From an uncultured delta proteobacterium (GTDB taxonomy: Bacteria > Myxococcota > Kuafuiibacteriia > Kuafuiibacteriales > Kuafuiibacteriaceae), in the NCBI GenBank assembly GCA_963803435.1, contig CAWDML010000001.1:2368001-2432000 (forward strand): a stretch of DNA of 64,000 nucleotides, written 5' to 3'. The stretch's first letter is position 1, and each line of letters begins with the position of its first letter. Of this stretch, positions 11,913 through 21,575 are shown piece after piece. The notes below the pieces were generated by a model. The model did not search any database. It worked only from the letters and a program-made list of their open reading frames with translations, and was not told the DNA's origin. The position numbers and the translations under genes are program-made.

Positions 11913-12542
11913 TCACCAGACGATCTCCGAGAGGATCTCGTCCACCTTCGTCACCATTTGCGGAATGCCTTGATCCTTGGTCAGAAAGCCGTCCGCCTGC
12001 AGCTCGGCGGCCCTCTTGGCCAGCCTCGACTCGGACTCGGCGGAGAAGAGAATCATCGGCACGAACGAGCTCTTGAGTCGTTTGCGGAAGGACTCGAGAG
12101 AGATCCGGCCGGCGAAGTCCGGATGGGTCGGCTCGATCAACACGAGCTCCGGCTCGAACTCGACGAAGCGCTGCAGCGCCTCCGCCAGCGTGGACGTCAC
12201 GGTCACCACACACCCGACGCCCTCGAGCGCTACGGCGATCAGATCGCAGGTGACCTCGCTGTCGTCGAGCACCAGGATCCTCCGTCCCATCGGCAACGGC
12301 GCCGGCGCGTTCTTGATCGCCAGGGTGCTGCTGAGCGAGCTGGCCGCCGCGTCGAGGGCCTCGGCGAGCGGCTCCATCGCCGCGACCCGGAGCTCCTGCG
12401 CCAACCCGGTGAGCTCGGCCTGGATGGTGCGCAGACCGATCGCGTCCTCCAGTCCCCCGGCCGACCAGAGCGCGCCGGTCAGGATCAGGCGCCGGCTTCG
12501 CTCGGCGGCACGTTCCGTGAGAATTCTCGCCTTCGGTTCCAT
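11913..12542 (-). CDS. Response regulator receiver protein with helical N-terminal region
   Basis: ILVLDDSEV, ILFSA and GFLTK; the phospho-acceptor position reads LVLIE (Glu instead of Asp). Confidence 0.8.
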   Translation of the reverse strand: MEPKARILTERAAERSRRLILTGALWSAGGLEDAIGLRTIQAELTGLAQELRVAAMEPLAEALDAAASSLSSTLAIKNAPAPLPMGRRILVLDDSEVTCDLIAVALEGVGCVVTVTSTLAEALQRFVEFEPELVLIEPTHPDFAGRISLESFRKRLKSSFVPMILFSAESESRLAKRAAELQADGFLTKDQGIPQMVTKVDEILSEIVW

Positions 12543-13651
12543 CAAACGAGCTTCATCATCTCGGTCCACCAGTCCTCGGTGGTCGAGTCGTCTTGCTCTC
12601 CCTTTCGCTTCACGTGGGTCAGCGGAATCGCGTGCGGGATGTCCTCCGTGTCGACCTCCGAGGAGCCGCTGAAGTCGATGTTGCGGAGCTTTCCGTCCTT
12701 CATCAGCTGGGCGATCGCCCACAGGACGGCGGTCTCGTCCTTCAGCCCCACCTCGTCGAAGACGTCGACGAGGGCGTGCTCGCCGTCGAGCAGCGGGAGC
12801 ACGGCCAGCAGCGTCTCCGGTGCGCTCCCCATCTCGTCGAGCGTCTGGGGCGAGAGCCATAGGCGCACCTGCGGGCTTCGGAGCGTGTCCAGCGCCCGGC
12901 TCCACTCGTCCATTCGGCGCATCCCCTCGAGGAGCAACGCCTGCGTCGCCTCGTTGACCTGGTTCGGCTGGTCGATGTGGGTGAACTCGATGTCGAAGGT
13001 GCCGTCGCGCCACATCAGCATCCGGTAGACCGCCAGCTTCCCCTCGAGCGCGTCGACGTGCGCGCCGACGACCTGACCCGCCTGGAAGATGATCGCGCCC
13101 TCCGTGTCGTCGCGGGCAAAGCCGCCGCTTCGGTCCCGATCCGAGCGGAGGTTCACGATGCAGGTCTTCCGGCTGGCCTCCATCAGCTGTAGGAGATCGA
13201 TCACCGACAGCCGCGAGAGCGAGCCGCTGAAGCTCGAGGGGCTATCGCGGCGCTCGAGTCGGGAGATCAGGTTGCTCAGATGAAGAATGATCTCGCGGAC
13301 GAAGATCGGCTTGTGCAGGTACTCGTCGCAACCCGCGTCGAGGACCTGCTGCTTGATTTCCACGCTCGCGTCCCGCGAGAGGATGATCACGCCGCAAGAG
13401 TCGGTGCGCTCGTCGGCGCGCAAGCGTCGGGCCAGCCAGAGCCCATCGACGTTCGGACCTGCGAGATCCGTCAGGACCACGTCGGGCCGAAGCGCCTGGG
13501 CCATCTCCAGGGCTTCGTCGCTGCGGCCGGCGGTGTGAACCTCGAACCCCGCGTCACGCAGCTTTTTGTCCAGCACCCGCAGATTGCGGACGTCGGAATC
13601 GACGACGACCAGACGCTTCCCGAACATCACGCCGCTCGGATCTGATAGCAC
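12542..13651 (-). CDS. Response regulator with DUF4388 (PatA-N-like) domain
   Basis: Receiver (VVVDSD, VLTD, YLHKP) followed by FSGSLSRLSVIDLLQLMEASRKT...W.DGTF; alternative start at ATG 13627. Confidence 0.88.
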   Translation of the reverse strand: MLSDPSGVMFGKRLVVVDSDVRNLRVLDKKLRDAGFEVHTAGRSDEALEMAQALRPDVVLTDLAGPNVDGLWLARRLRADERTDSCGVIILSRDASVEIKQQVLDAGCDEYLHKPIFVREIILHLSNLISRLERRDSPSSFSGSLSRLSVIDLLQLMEASRKTCIVNLRSDRDRSGGFARDDTEGAIIFQAGQVVGAHVDALEGKLAVYRMLMWRDGTFDIEFTHIDQPNQVNEATQALLLEGMRRMDEWSRALDTLRSPQVRLWLSPQTLDEMGSAPETLLAVLPLLDGEHALVDVFDEVGLKDETAVLWAIAQLMKDGKLRNIDFSGSSEVDTEDIPHAIPLTHVKRKGEQDDSTTEDWWTEMMKLV

Positions 13652-13678
13652 GTCCTCCGACTTGGCAGCGATGTCGGT

Positions 13679-15166
13679 CTATGGACGGGGGTTGCGCACC
13701 ACTCGGTTGCCGGAGTTCGAGAGGAAGCCGCTCTCCGTGAAGGTGCCGCGCGCGCGATCGGCGGTACGGTCGTTCCAGCGCCTCAGATAGGACTCCTCGA
13801 TCCGGTTCATCGCACCGAACATCGAGTTGTTGCTCTCGCGGCTGGTGATGCCCTGGACGAAGCGGAGCGTGTGCTGGCTGCCCGTGCCGATGCTGGTGGG
13901 CATCGTGGTGCTGACGATGTCCGTATCCTGCTGGTCCCGCGCGAACACGGAGGGGTTGCGCAGGTTGTGGAGATAGTTCTCGGTCGAGCAGCCGTTGAAC
14001 ACCAAGACCTGATAGTCGGGCCGATTGCGCATGCGCGTGAGGTCGCTGTCGCGCCCGCGGATCGTCGCCCGAAGACCGGCCGGAGGCGTGTCGCCGCGAT
14101 AGTTACCGTGCGGATCCACGACGAAGTTGCCCGCACCGCTGGTGGTCTTGTCGTCGAAGTCCGGGCCGGTGCCGTAGCGTGCATGACCTGAGTAGTAGAC
14201 GACCTCGTCCTGCTGCATCGCCTGCTCGAAGCTGCGTCGCGCACGGCCGCCGTCACCGCCGGGCGTCACCATCCTGACGACGGCGTCCACGGGCTGCCCC
14301 GAGCGGGGATCCTGCACCTGCTTGGCGAAGTACTCGGCGTTCGGATCGTAGCGGTCGGCGGTGAGCCCGTATCGGCGCCGCTCGTCGGCCGTCATGGTGC
14401 CGTAATCGAGGCGCCGCCATCCGTCCGCGCGCAGGCCCGAGAGCACCTCCCGCTGCTCGCGCGCGTGCGACCCACCCTCGTCGAATCCGATCGCGATCGC
14501 GATATCGAGGCGACCATCGCGAAAGAGGCGATCGTAGTCGGCGCTTCGTTCGAGCTGATGGTCGGGCGGCGGCGCGGCCGAGGTGATCGCGCCCAGGGTC
14601 TCGGATCCGACACGGCCGTCGATGCCGAGACCCACCTCGCGCTGGAAGCGCTCCACCGCCAGCGCAGTCTCGCGGTCGTACGTCCCGCTGGCGCCTTGGG
14701 TGGGGATGTCGAAGCCCATGTCGACGAGGGCCTGCTGGACCTTGCGGACGTGCTCTCCGCGGGCGCCCTCGCTGAGCACCGTGCGCCCGTCCATGACCGA
14801 GGCGAGCGTGGTGTCGCCGGCGAAGCGGAGCCCACCCTCCCGGGCGGCGCGCGCGCGGTTTCCGTCGACCTCGGTCTGGAGCGCCTGATACACGGCGCCG
14901 GCGCGGGTGAGGTTGCCGCTTCGATCGTGCGTGCTGAACGAGGAGTCGCTGGCACCGTCGAGGCGATCGAGCTGCCGGAAGAGACTGTCGAACTCGCGCG
15001 ATCCTCGGATCGCGAAGTCCTGACCGGCGATCTCACGCAGCTGGTCGTCGGTGATCCCGGCGTCGCGCAGCTCGCGGCGGAGCTGGGGCGACATGTTGCG
15101 GATGTCGACGTAGCCGCCGTGGCGGTTCAGGGTGTTGGTGAAGTTGGATTGAGTGATGGTGCTCAT
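13679..15166 (-). CDS. Peptidoglycan-binding domain protein with putative caspase/CHAT-like (clan CD) peptidase domain
   Basis: PG_binding_1 motif GARGEHVRKVQQAL...AVERFQREVGLGIDGRVGSETL; C-terminal VVYYSGHA and LVFNGCST. Confidence 0.75.
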   Translation of the reverse strand: MSTITQSNFTNTLNRHGGYVDIRNMSPQLRRELRDAGITDDQLREIAGQDFAIRGSREFDSLFRQLDRLDGASDSSFSTHDRSGNLTRAGAVYQALQTEVDGNRARAAREGGLRFAGDTTLASVMDGRTVLSEGARGEHVRKVQQALVDMGFDIPTQGASGTYDRETALAVERFQREVGLGIDGRVGSETLGAITSAAPPPDHQLERSADYDRLFRDGRLDIAIAIGFDEGGSHAREQREVLSGLRADGWRRLDYGTMTADERRRYGLTADRYDPNAEYFAKQVQDPRSGQPVDAVVRMVTPGGDGGRARRSFEQAMQQDEVVYYSGHARYGTGPDFDDKTTSGAGNFVVDPHGNYRGDTPPAGLRATIRGRDSDLTRMRNRPDYQVLVFNGCSTENYLHNLRNPSVFARDQQDTDIVSTTMPTSIGTGSQHTLRFVQGITSRESNNSMFGAMNRIEESYLRRWNDRTADRARGTFTESGFLSNSGNRVVRNPRP

Positions 15167-15184
15167 CGATCCGCCTCCTCGCGG

Positions 15185-15799
15185 TCACTGATACGTTCGA
15201 TCCACCAATCGCTGAATGCTCTGCTCGATCAGGATCATCGTGAACTCGTCTTTCTCGATCTCGCCCGCGCGCTCGAGCGCCTCGAGGGCAGCGCGATCGT
15301 CCAGCTCACCGAGCGCCTGGGCGGCCGCCATGCGCACGTCGGGATCGTCGTCCTCGAGCAGGACCCGGGCGAGCGCGGGCAGCGCCTCCTTGGCCCGGAA
15401 CTCGAAGAGGCTCGAGGCGGCCTCCTCGCGGACGCGCGCGTTCGGATCGTTGAGCGCCTCGATCAGGGCCGGCACCGCCCGCGGATCCTGGAGGTTGGCC
15501 AGGATCTGGGCGGCGAGCTCCCGCGCCCCGGGATCGGGCGATCCGAGCTGGCTCATCATGGCCTCGGCCGCCGAGAGGGCTTCGAGCGTCGAGGTCAGCG
15601 CGCCCCTCAGCCGACCCGGGGTGGTCTGCCCGAGCAGGACGCCCAGCGGCACGATGACCCGGGGATCGCCCGTCGCCCCCAGCTGCTCGGCGGCCTGGGC
15701 ACGCTCCTCCTCACGAAACTCCCAATCCAACGCGATGCCGAGCTGCTCTTTGACCCCGTCTCTCATGGCCGGACCGAGTGCGAGCAAGGCACGGACCAC
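15185..15799 (-). CDS. HEAT/PBS-lyase repeat protein
   Basis: Repeated ERAQAAEQLG, ARELAAQIL, VREEAASSL and VRMAAAQALG units. Confidence 0.85.
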   Translation of the reverse strand: MVRALLALGPAMRDGVKEQLGIALDWEFREEERAQAAEQLGATGDPRVIVPLGVLLGQTTPGRLRGALTSTLEALSAAEAMMSQLGSPDPGARELAAQILANLQDPRAVPALIEALNDPNARVREEAASSLFEFRAKEALPALARVLLEDDDPDVRMAAAQALGELDDRAALEALERAGEIEKDEFTMILIEQSIQRLVDRTYQ

Positions 15800-15966
15800 A
15801 ATGTGACGTCACAGCTCGTGGGGCGAGCGTGCTATCCCACATCGACGCCTCGAGCAGAGCCTGCAAGTCGGAGAGGCAGACGCTGCACGACCGGCGAAGT
15901 GCAAGCAAACTTGCACATCGACGCGGACTGTGGCGGAAAAGCCCGGTCGCACGGGGTCGTTCGCCC

Positions 15967-16340
15967 ATGGACAAAGGATTCTCGACGGAGAATTGTTCTC
16001 GCCTTGGATCAATCACAGAGCCGCCATCCATCGAGCGTTGCTGGAGGCCGAAGATCATCCGAGCCCAGAGAGGCTGTACCGGCGCGTGAGGAGGAAGATG
16101 CCCTCGATCTCGCTGGCGACGATCGACGAGGCGCTCGACGCGCGGACGGAGCTCGGAGTCGCTCGTGAGGTCTCGGCGCTCCGTGAAACGAAGCGCTACG
16201 ACGGGAATCTCGAGAAGCACCGCCACCTGGAGCTCGACACGGTCGAGCCGCCCCGCCGCCGTGGCGGCTTCGTCGCGCTCGGTCAGCGTGGAGGTCATCG
16301 GAGTGTGCTCGACCGGTGCGAGACAGAGGAGGAGCAGGAC
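15967..16340 (+). pseudogene. Degenerate Fur/PerR family regulator
   Basis: HPSPERLYRRVRRKMPSISLATI and RYDGNLEKHRHL motifs; the CxxC after HxHL is missing, and the start and the VEVIGVC tail lie in other frames. Confidence 0.7.
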
Positions 16341-17589
16341 GTGAAAAAGATGTGGTCATGGTTGGGGGTCTCAACGGTGCTGATGTGCAGCCAGGGAGCG
16401 AGGGCGTCGGCGGGCGACGACCTGCCGCTCGGAGTCTCGCGAGCGCTCTACGAGATTCTCGGTGCCCAAGAACCGAGTCCCGACCAAGGAGCAGATCGCC
16501 CTGGGCGAGAAGCTCTTCAACGAGAAGCGGCTGTCCGCGGACGATACGGTGGCCTGCGCCAACTGCCACGATCCCCAGAAGGGCTTCGTGGACGGCAAGC
16601 CGGTCTCGGAGGGCGTGGGCAAGAAGACCGGCATGCGCAACGCGCCCACGGTGCTGAACGCCATGTTCAACGCCACCCAGTTCTGGGACGGGCGCGCGAA
16701 GGACCTGGAGGAGCAGGCCGGGCTCCCGATCACGAACCCGGTCGAGATGGCGATGAAGGACGGCAACCAGGTGGTCGCCAAGCTGCGCGGCATCCCCGAG
16801 TACGTGGCCGAGTTCAAGAAGGTGTTCGGGCGCGACGTGAGCTTCGACGACGTCCGGAGCGCCATCGCCGCGTTCGAGCGGACGCAATACTCGGGGAGCT
16901 CGGCGTTCGATCGTTACATCAACGGCGACGAGAAGGCGCTCTCCGCCTCGGCCAAGCGGGGCTGGGCGCTCTTCAACGGGAAGGCCCGCTGCAACAACTG
17001 CCACGCCGGCAACGCCGCCGCCCCGCTCTTCTCCGATCAGAAGTTCCACAACATCGGCATCGCCGCGCACAAGCAGAACTTCGTCGACCTGGCGCGCGAA
17101 GCGCTCAAGACGGTCCGCACCGGCGATCAGAAGCAGATCGACGAGCTCGCGCTCCAGACCAAGTTCTCGGAGCTCGGGCGCTTCCTCGTCACCAAGAACG
17201 AAGCCGACGTGGGCGCCTTCAAGACCCCCACGCTGCGCAACACGGGGATCACGGGTCCGTACATGCACGACGGATCGCTGGCGACGCTCTGGGACGTGAT
17301 GGATCACTACAACAAGGGCGGCGTTCAGAACCCGTACCTCGACGGCGGCATGATCCGCCTCGGTCTGACCGAGGCCGAGATCAACGACGTCGTCGAGCTG
17401 CTGTTCTCCATGACCGACGAGCGCTTCGCCCGCTACGCGAAGAGCGAACGCGCGCGGCAGACCCGGAAGAAGAACGTGCGGCCTGAGCGCGACGTCGCGG
17501 CCGCGATGGGCAAGAAGGGCCACCTCGGCGACCTGGCACCCAACCCCAAGCTGGCCGAGAAGAACCCGGCCCAGATCGGCGTGTACTAG
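16341..17589 (+). CDS. Di-heme cytochrome c peroxidase family protein (MauG/BthA-like); frameshift near 16460
   Basis: Signal peptide, CANCH and CNNCH heme motifs, RNAPTVLN, QFWDGRA, FKTPTLRN, PYMHDG; strong RBS before GTG 16341. Confidence 0.92.
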
Positions 17590-17598
17590 GAGGCGGCG

Positions 17599-18720
17599 AT
17601 GAGGAAAGGCGTCAAGAGCATCGAAACCAAATACATGGAGGAGCGCGAGTCGCTCTTCCAGGGGCTGCGCGGGCTGTCGCGGCGGTCCTTCTTCAAGCTG
17701 GCCGGGATCTCCGCGGGAGTGGCGGCGGCCAAGCAGCTGGTGTTTCCGCACAGCTTCCAGCTGATCGAGGTGGCGGAGGCCGCCGAGACCGGCAAGCCGC
17801 CCTTCACCTTCGCGTACATCTCGGACACGCACCTGTACGAGGCCAAGGTCAACGACCGCTTCATCCGCGCGATCCTGAAGGCGGTCGACGACGTGAACGC
17901 GCTCGACCCGCAGCCGGACTTCGTGCTGTTCGGCGGCGATCTCGCACAGCTGGGTCAGAAGGCCGAGCTCGACCTGGGCAAGGAGATCCTGAAGACGCTG
18001 AAGGCGCCGGTCCGGATGATGGTCGGGGAGCACGACTGGTTCCTCGACCTGGGCGAGCACTGGAAGTCGCAGTTCGGCGCGCCCATGTACTCGTTCGATC
18101 ACAAGGGCGTTCACTTCGTGACGCTGATGAGCGTGGTGGAGAAGGACTTTTGGACCGCCGCCGGCATGACGCCGATGGAGCGCATGCAGACGGTGGCCGG
18201 GCTGGACAACGGCAAGCAGTCCCGGTTCGAGGTGGGCCCGGAGGGCCGCGAGTGGTTGAAGGCCGATCTGGCGAAGGTCGACAAGAAGACCCCGCTGGTC
18301 GTCTTCTCTCACTCGCCGCTCTACAAATACTACCGGCCCTGGAACTTCTGGACCGAGGACGCCGACGAGGTACAGGCCATCCTGCGCCCCTTCCAGAAGG
18401 TGACCGTGATCCACGGGCACACGCACCAGCTGCTCAGCAACCGCATCGGGAACATCTCGTTCCACGGGATGCTCTCGACCGCATGGCCCTGGCCGTACGC
18501 GCCGGAGGGTCTGCCGAAGCTCACGATCCAGCAGAACCGTGCCGATCCGTTCAGCCAGCTGGACGGCTGCGGCGACGGGCGCGTGGACGTGCTCGAGTCG
18601 GGGCTGGCCAACAAGATCTACAACCTCTGGGACCGGAACCCGATCTCGGTCACCGCGACCTACCTCGCCTCCAACGGGGCACAGGACCGTCCGCCGGCGA
18701 CGACGCTGCCGAGCTACTGA
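17599..18720 (+). CDS. Tat-exported calcineurin-like metallophosphoesterase
   Basis: SRRSFFK twin-arginine motif; ISDTH, GGD, GEHD, SHSP and HGHTH metal motifs. Confidence 0.92.
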   Translation: MRKGVKSIETKYMEERESLFQGLRGLSRRSFFKLAGISAGVAAAKQLVFPHSFQLIEVAEAAETGKPPFTFAYISDTHLYEAKVNDRFIRAILKAVDDVNALDPQPDFVLFGGDLAQLGQKAELDLGKEILKTLKAPVRMMVGEHDWFLDLGEHWKSQFGAPMYSFDHKGVHFVTLMSVVEKDFWTAAGMTPMERMQTVAGLDNGKQSRFEVGPEGREWLKADLAKVDKKTPLVVFSHSPLYKYYRPWNFWTEDADEVQAILRPFQKVTVIHGHTHQLLSNRIGNISFHGMLSTAWPWPYAPEGLPKLTIQQNRADPFSQLDGCGDGRVDVLESGLANKIYNLWDRNPISVTATYLASNGAQDRPPATTLPSY

Positions 18721-18728
18721 GGTGAACG

Positions 18729-19434
18729 ATGCGATATCCAACGACACTGCTGGCACTCACGGGCGCAGCGATCTTCGCGGCCTTCGTCTACACCAGCGCC
18801 GCCGACGCGAACGGCCCGACCAAGCACAAGCTCCCCGAGTCGAAGTCGGGGAACCTGGTGGTCGGCCTCTGCGACGGTGAGACCGCGCTCGAGGTGGAGG
18901 GGAAGAAGCCCGGTGACACGCTCACCGAGGACGAGGCCCGCAAGGTGGCGGGCGATTCTGATGACCGAGTGGAAGAAGAAGAACCCGAAGGCGCGCTGGG
19001 ACGAGGGCGTGAAGCTGGCCCAGTCGAGCGCCACCGGCGCCAAGGGCGTGGAGCAGAAGAAGGCGGCCAACGCCCAGAGCGACACCACCTACGGCGCGTT
19101 CAGCGCTCGCGACGAGAAGATCTGGGCAGCCTCCACCCAGAGGTTCATCGACGAGGGGAACCGTATCTTCCACGACGCCAAGGCGCTCGGCGGGACCATC
19201 TCGGTCAGCTGCGACATGTGCCACCCGAACGCGGCCAACACGCATCCCGAGACTTATCCCAAGTATCAGGTGCAGCTGGGCCGCGTCGCGCTCCTACGCG
19301 ACATGATCAACTGGTGCATCGAGAACCCGGTCCGCGGCGTCCCGCTGGCGGACGGCGACGAGAAGCTGCGCGCCCTGGAGGCGTACATCTACTCGCAGCG
19401 CAAGGGCGTGGCGCTCGACTACGGCAAGCACTGA
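18729..19434 (+). CDS. Monoheme c-type cytochrome, SoxA/TsdA-like; frameshift near 18951
   Basis: Signal peptide; CDMCH; YPKY...LRDMINWCIENPVRG.PL...LRALEAYI resembles the SoxA/TsdA Cys-ligand region. Confidence 0.8.
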
Positions 19435-19442
19435 GCGCGCGC

Positions 19443-21107
19443 TCAAGGGATCGTGATCAGCACGCCCTGGCTCTCCACGCCGGCGGTGTCCGCCGCCGAG
19501 ATCGCCCAGGTCCCGCTCTGCAGCACCAGCTCCGGCGTGGTCGCCGAGAAGATGTCCTCCAGCTCGAAGTCGGAGCCGACCTGGCGATAGAGGACCCAGG
19601 CCCGGAGCGTCTCGGGAGAGGGATGCGTGAGATGCGCCGTGTCCCCGACCAGCTCGACCTCGGGCGGCACCAGCGTGTGCGCGGGCGCCGTGAGCACCCG
19701 CGGGCTGAGCGCCGGGTGCGGGTAGTACTCGGCGACCAGGATGTCGTCGATGCCGTCCCGGTTCTCCATGATCGGATCGATCTGGAAGAAGATCTCACCG
19801 ACGCCGCCGGCCGGCTGATACAGGCGGTTCAGGTCGAGCTGCGCGCGGAACTCGTCGGCCGTCCAGCTGGCGTTGTCGCCCAGGCGGGATAGATAGTTGC
19901 CGCTGAACAGGTAGGTCCCGGTCCCGGCCTCGCTCACCCACCAATCGAGCAGGGTCTCGTAGGCCTGCGCGGTCTGGGTGGTCGGCCAGTAGAGCTGGGG
20001 CGCGAGATACTCGACCCAGCCCTCCGCGATCCATCGCAGCGGATCGGAGTAGATGCTGGCGTACTGGTCGAGCCCGCTGATGCCCTGAGGCATGCCGGGG
20101 CGATAGATCCCGAACGGCGCGATCCCGAAGCGGACCTCCGGCCGCTGCTGCACGACGGCCTCGTGGACGCCGCGCACCAGATCGTGCACGTTCTCGCGCC
20201 GCCAGTCGCCGAGCGCCATGGTGCCGCCGCCGTCGAGGTAGGCCTGATAGGTGCCGTCGTCGGGGAACGGCGTGCCGTCGGGATAGGGATAGAAGTAGTC
20301 GTCGAAGTGAATGCCGTCGATCGCGTACCGGTCGACCAGATCGGCGACCACATCGATCGCGCGCTGTTGCACACCGGGCGCGGCGGGATCCATCCACAGC
20401 GCGTTGCCGTACGGATGGGCGTCCTCCGGCTCCACCAGGGAGATGTGCGGCAGCACCGCGGTGGTCCCGGCGTTGACCTTGGCGCGATAGGGATTGAGCC
20501 AGGCGTGGACCTCGATGGCGCGGGCGTGGGCCTGCTCGATCAGGTAGGCCAGCGGATCGTAGCCGGGATCGCCGCCCTGGGTTCCGGTGAGGAAACGGCT
20601 CCAAGGCTCGAGCGCAGAGTCGTAGAGGGCGTCGGACTCGGGGCGGACCTGGAACACGATCGCGTTGAGGTTCACCGCGTCGACCGCATCGACGATCGCG
20701 CGGAGCTCCGCCTGCTGGTCGGCGGCGGAGAGCCCCTGCTGGCTGGGGAAGTTGACGTTGGAGACGGTCGCGACCCAGACAGCGCGAAGCTCGCGGGGAT
20801 GACCGACGTCCACCAGGGTCGGGCCGCCGTCCGCCGGCTCCATCATGGCGTCGGGCAGGCTCGCGTCGTCGGGCAGCATCCCGGCGTCGGGTCGCATCCC
20901 GGCGTCGGCCGGCGGCTCACCGGCGTCCATCTCGGCTTCGGCGTCCATCTCGGCTTCGGCGTCCAGCTGGGCTTCGGCGTCCTTGATGAGTACGCCCTGA
21001 TCCGCCGCGGGCAACGGGTTGCCGGCGTCCAGCATCCCCGAGCGGGGCGTCCCGTCCGGCACGCACGCCGAAAGACCGAGCAAAGCGACGGCGAGCCCAC
21101 GCAACAC
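19443..21107 (-). CDS. Glycosyl hydrolase-like family 10 (DUF187/YddW-DigH-like) lipoprotein
   Basis: ELRAVWVATV.N, FQVRP..DALY.S..EPWS, EVHAWLNPYR, DGIHFDDYFYPY, PQLYW; lipobox LSAC; DAEAEM/DAG linker repeats. Confidence 0.92.
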   Translation of the reverse strand: MLRGLAVALLGLSACVPDGTPRSGMLDAGNPLPAADQGVLIKDAEAQLDAEAEMDAEAEMDAGEPPADAGMRPDAGMLPDDASLPDAMMEPADGGPTLVDVGHPRELRAVWVATVSNVNFPSQQGLSAADQQAELRAIVDAVDAVNLNAIVFQVRPESDALYDSALEPWSRFLTGTQGGDPGYDPLAYLIEQAHARAIEVHAWLNPYRAKVNAGTTAVLPHISLVEPEDAHPYGNALWMDPAAPGVQQRAIDVVADLVDRYAIDGIHFDDYFYPYPDGTPFPDDGTYQAYLDGGGTMALGDWRRENVHDLVRGVHEAVVQQRPEVRFGIAPFGIYRPGMPQGISGLDQYASIYSDPLRWIAEGWVEYLAPQLYWPTTQTAQAYETLLDWWVSEAGTGTYLFSGNYLSRLGDNASWTADEFRAQLDLNRLYQPAGGVGEIFFQIDPIMENRDGIDDILVAEYYPHPALSPRVLTAPAHTLVPPEVELVGDTAHLTHPSPETLRAWVLYRQVGSDFELEDIFSATTPELVLQSGTWAISAADTAGVESQGVLITIP

Positions 21108-21170
21108 CGTTCGCTGATACTGCGGCGGGCGCGGCGCGTCATCCGGCGTCTGTCGTGTCGCCCTCGGTCC

Positions 21171-21560
21171 TCAACTCCCGCTTTCGGACCCTTCCGCGTC
21201 GATGTCGAAGAAGTCGAGGACATCCTCGCGGGTGAGCTCGAGCTCCTGCCCCGCGGGATTGACGATCAGCCCGTCGAACTCGCCCTCGGCGACGCTCCGG
21301 ATCGCGTCCACTGTCGGCATCGCGATCCACCGCGATCCCGGCTCGAACATGTGCAGCTCGATCAGATCCGTGAACAGCGGCAGGAAAAGCTCCCCACTGT
21401 CGGACTCGAGCGTGATCGGACCTTCGTCGTCGCCGGCGATCAACCGGGCCTCCAGGAGCGCCTCGAGGACCGGGCGGAGATAGCGCTCGGTCTCCGACTC
21501 GGGCGCGTCGAAGAACGCGCGCATGGCACGGATCAGGTTCGCGTTGTCGGGTGGTTCCAT
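21171..21560 (-). CDS. SseB family protein
   Basis: FLPLFTDL.EL and DGLIVNPAG..LEL motifs; starts 15 bp downstream of the E1-like gene. Confidence 0.75.
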   Translation of the reverse strand: MEPPDNANLIRAMRAFFDAPESETERYLRPVLEALLEARLIAGDDEGPITLESDSGELFLPLFTDLIELHMFEPGSRWIAMPTVDAIRSVAEGEFDGLIVNPAGQELELTREDVLDFFDIDAEGSESGS

Positions 21561-21575
21561 GGTGTCCTGTGCAGA

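Noticed and set aside
16009-18756. Long antisense ORFs (also 38833-41787, 45702-48113, 49986-52310, 7739-9952)
   Set aside because: Shadow ORFs expected opposite high-GC3 genes; no recognisable motifs.
20860-20980. Tandem 18-bp repeats (DAEAEM units)
   Set aside because: Low-complexity linker of a lipoprotein, common in myxobacterial exported proteins.
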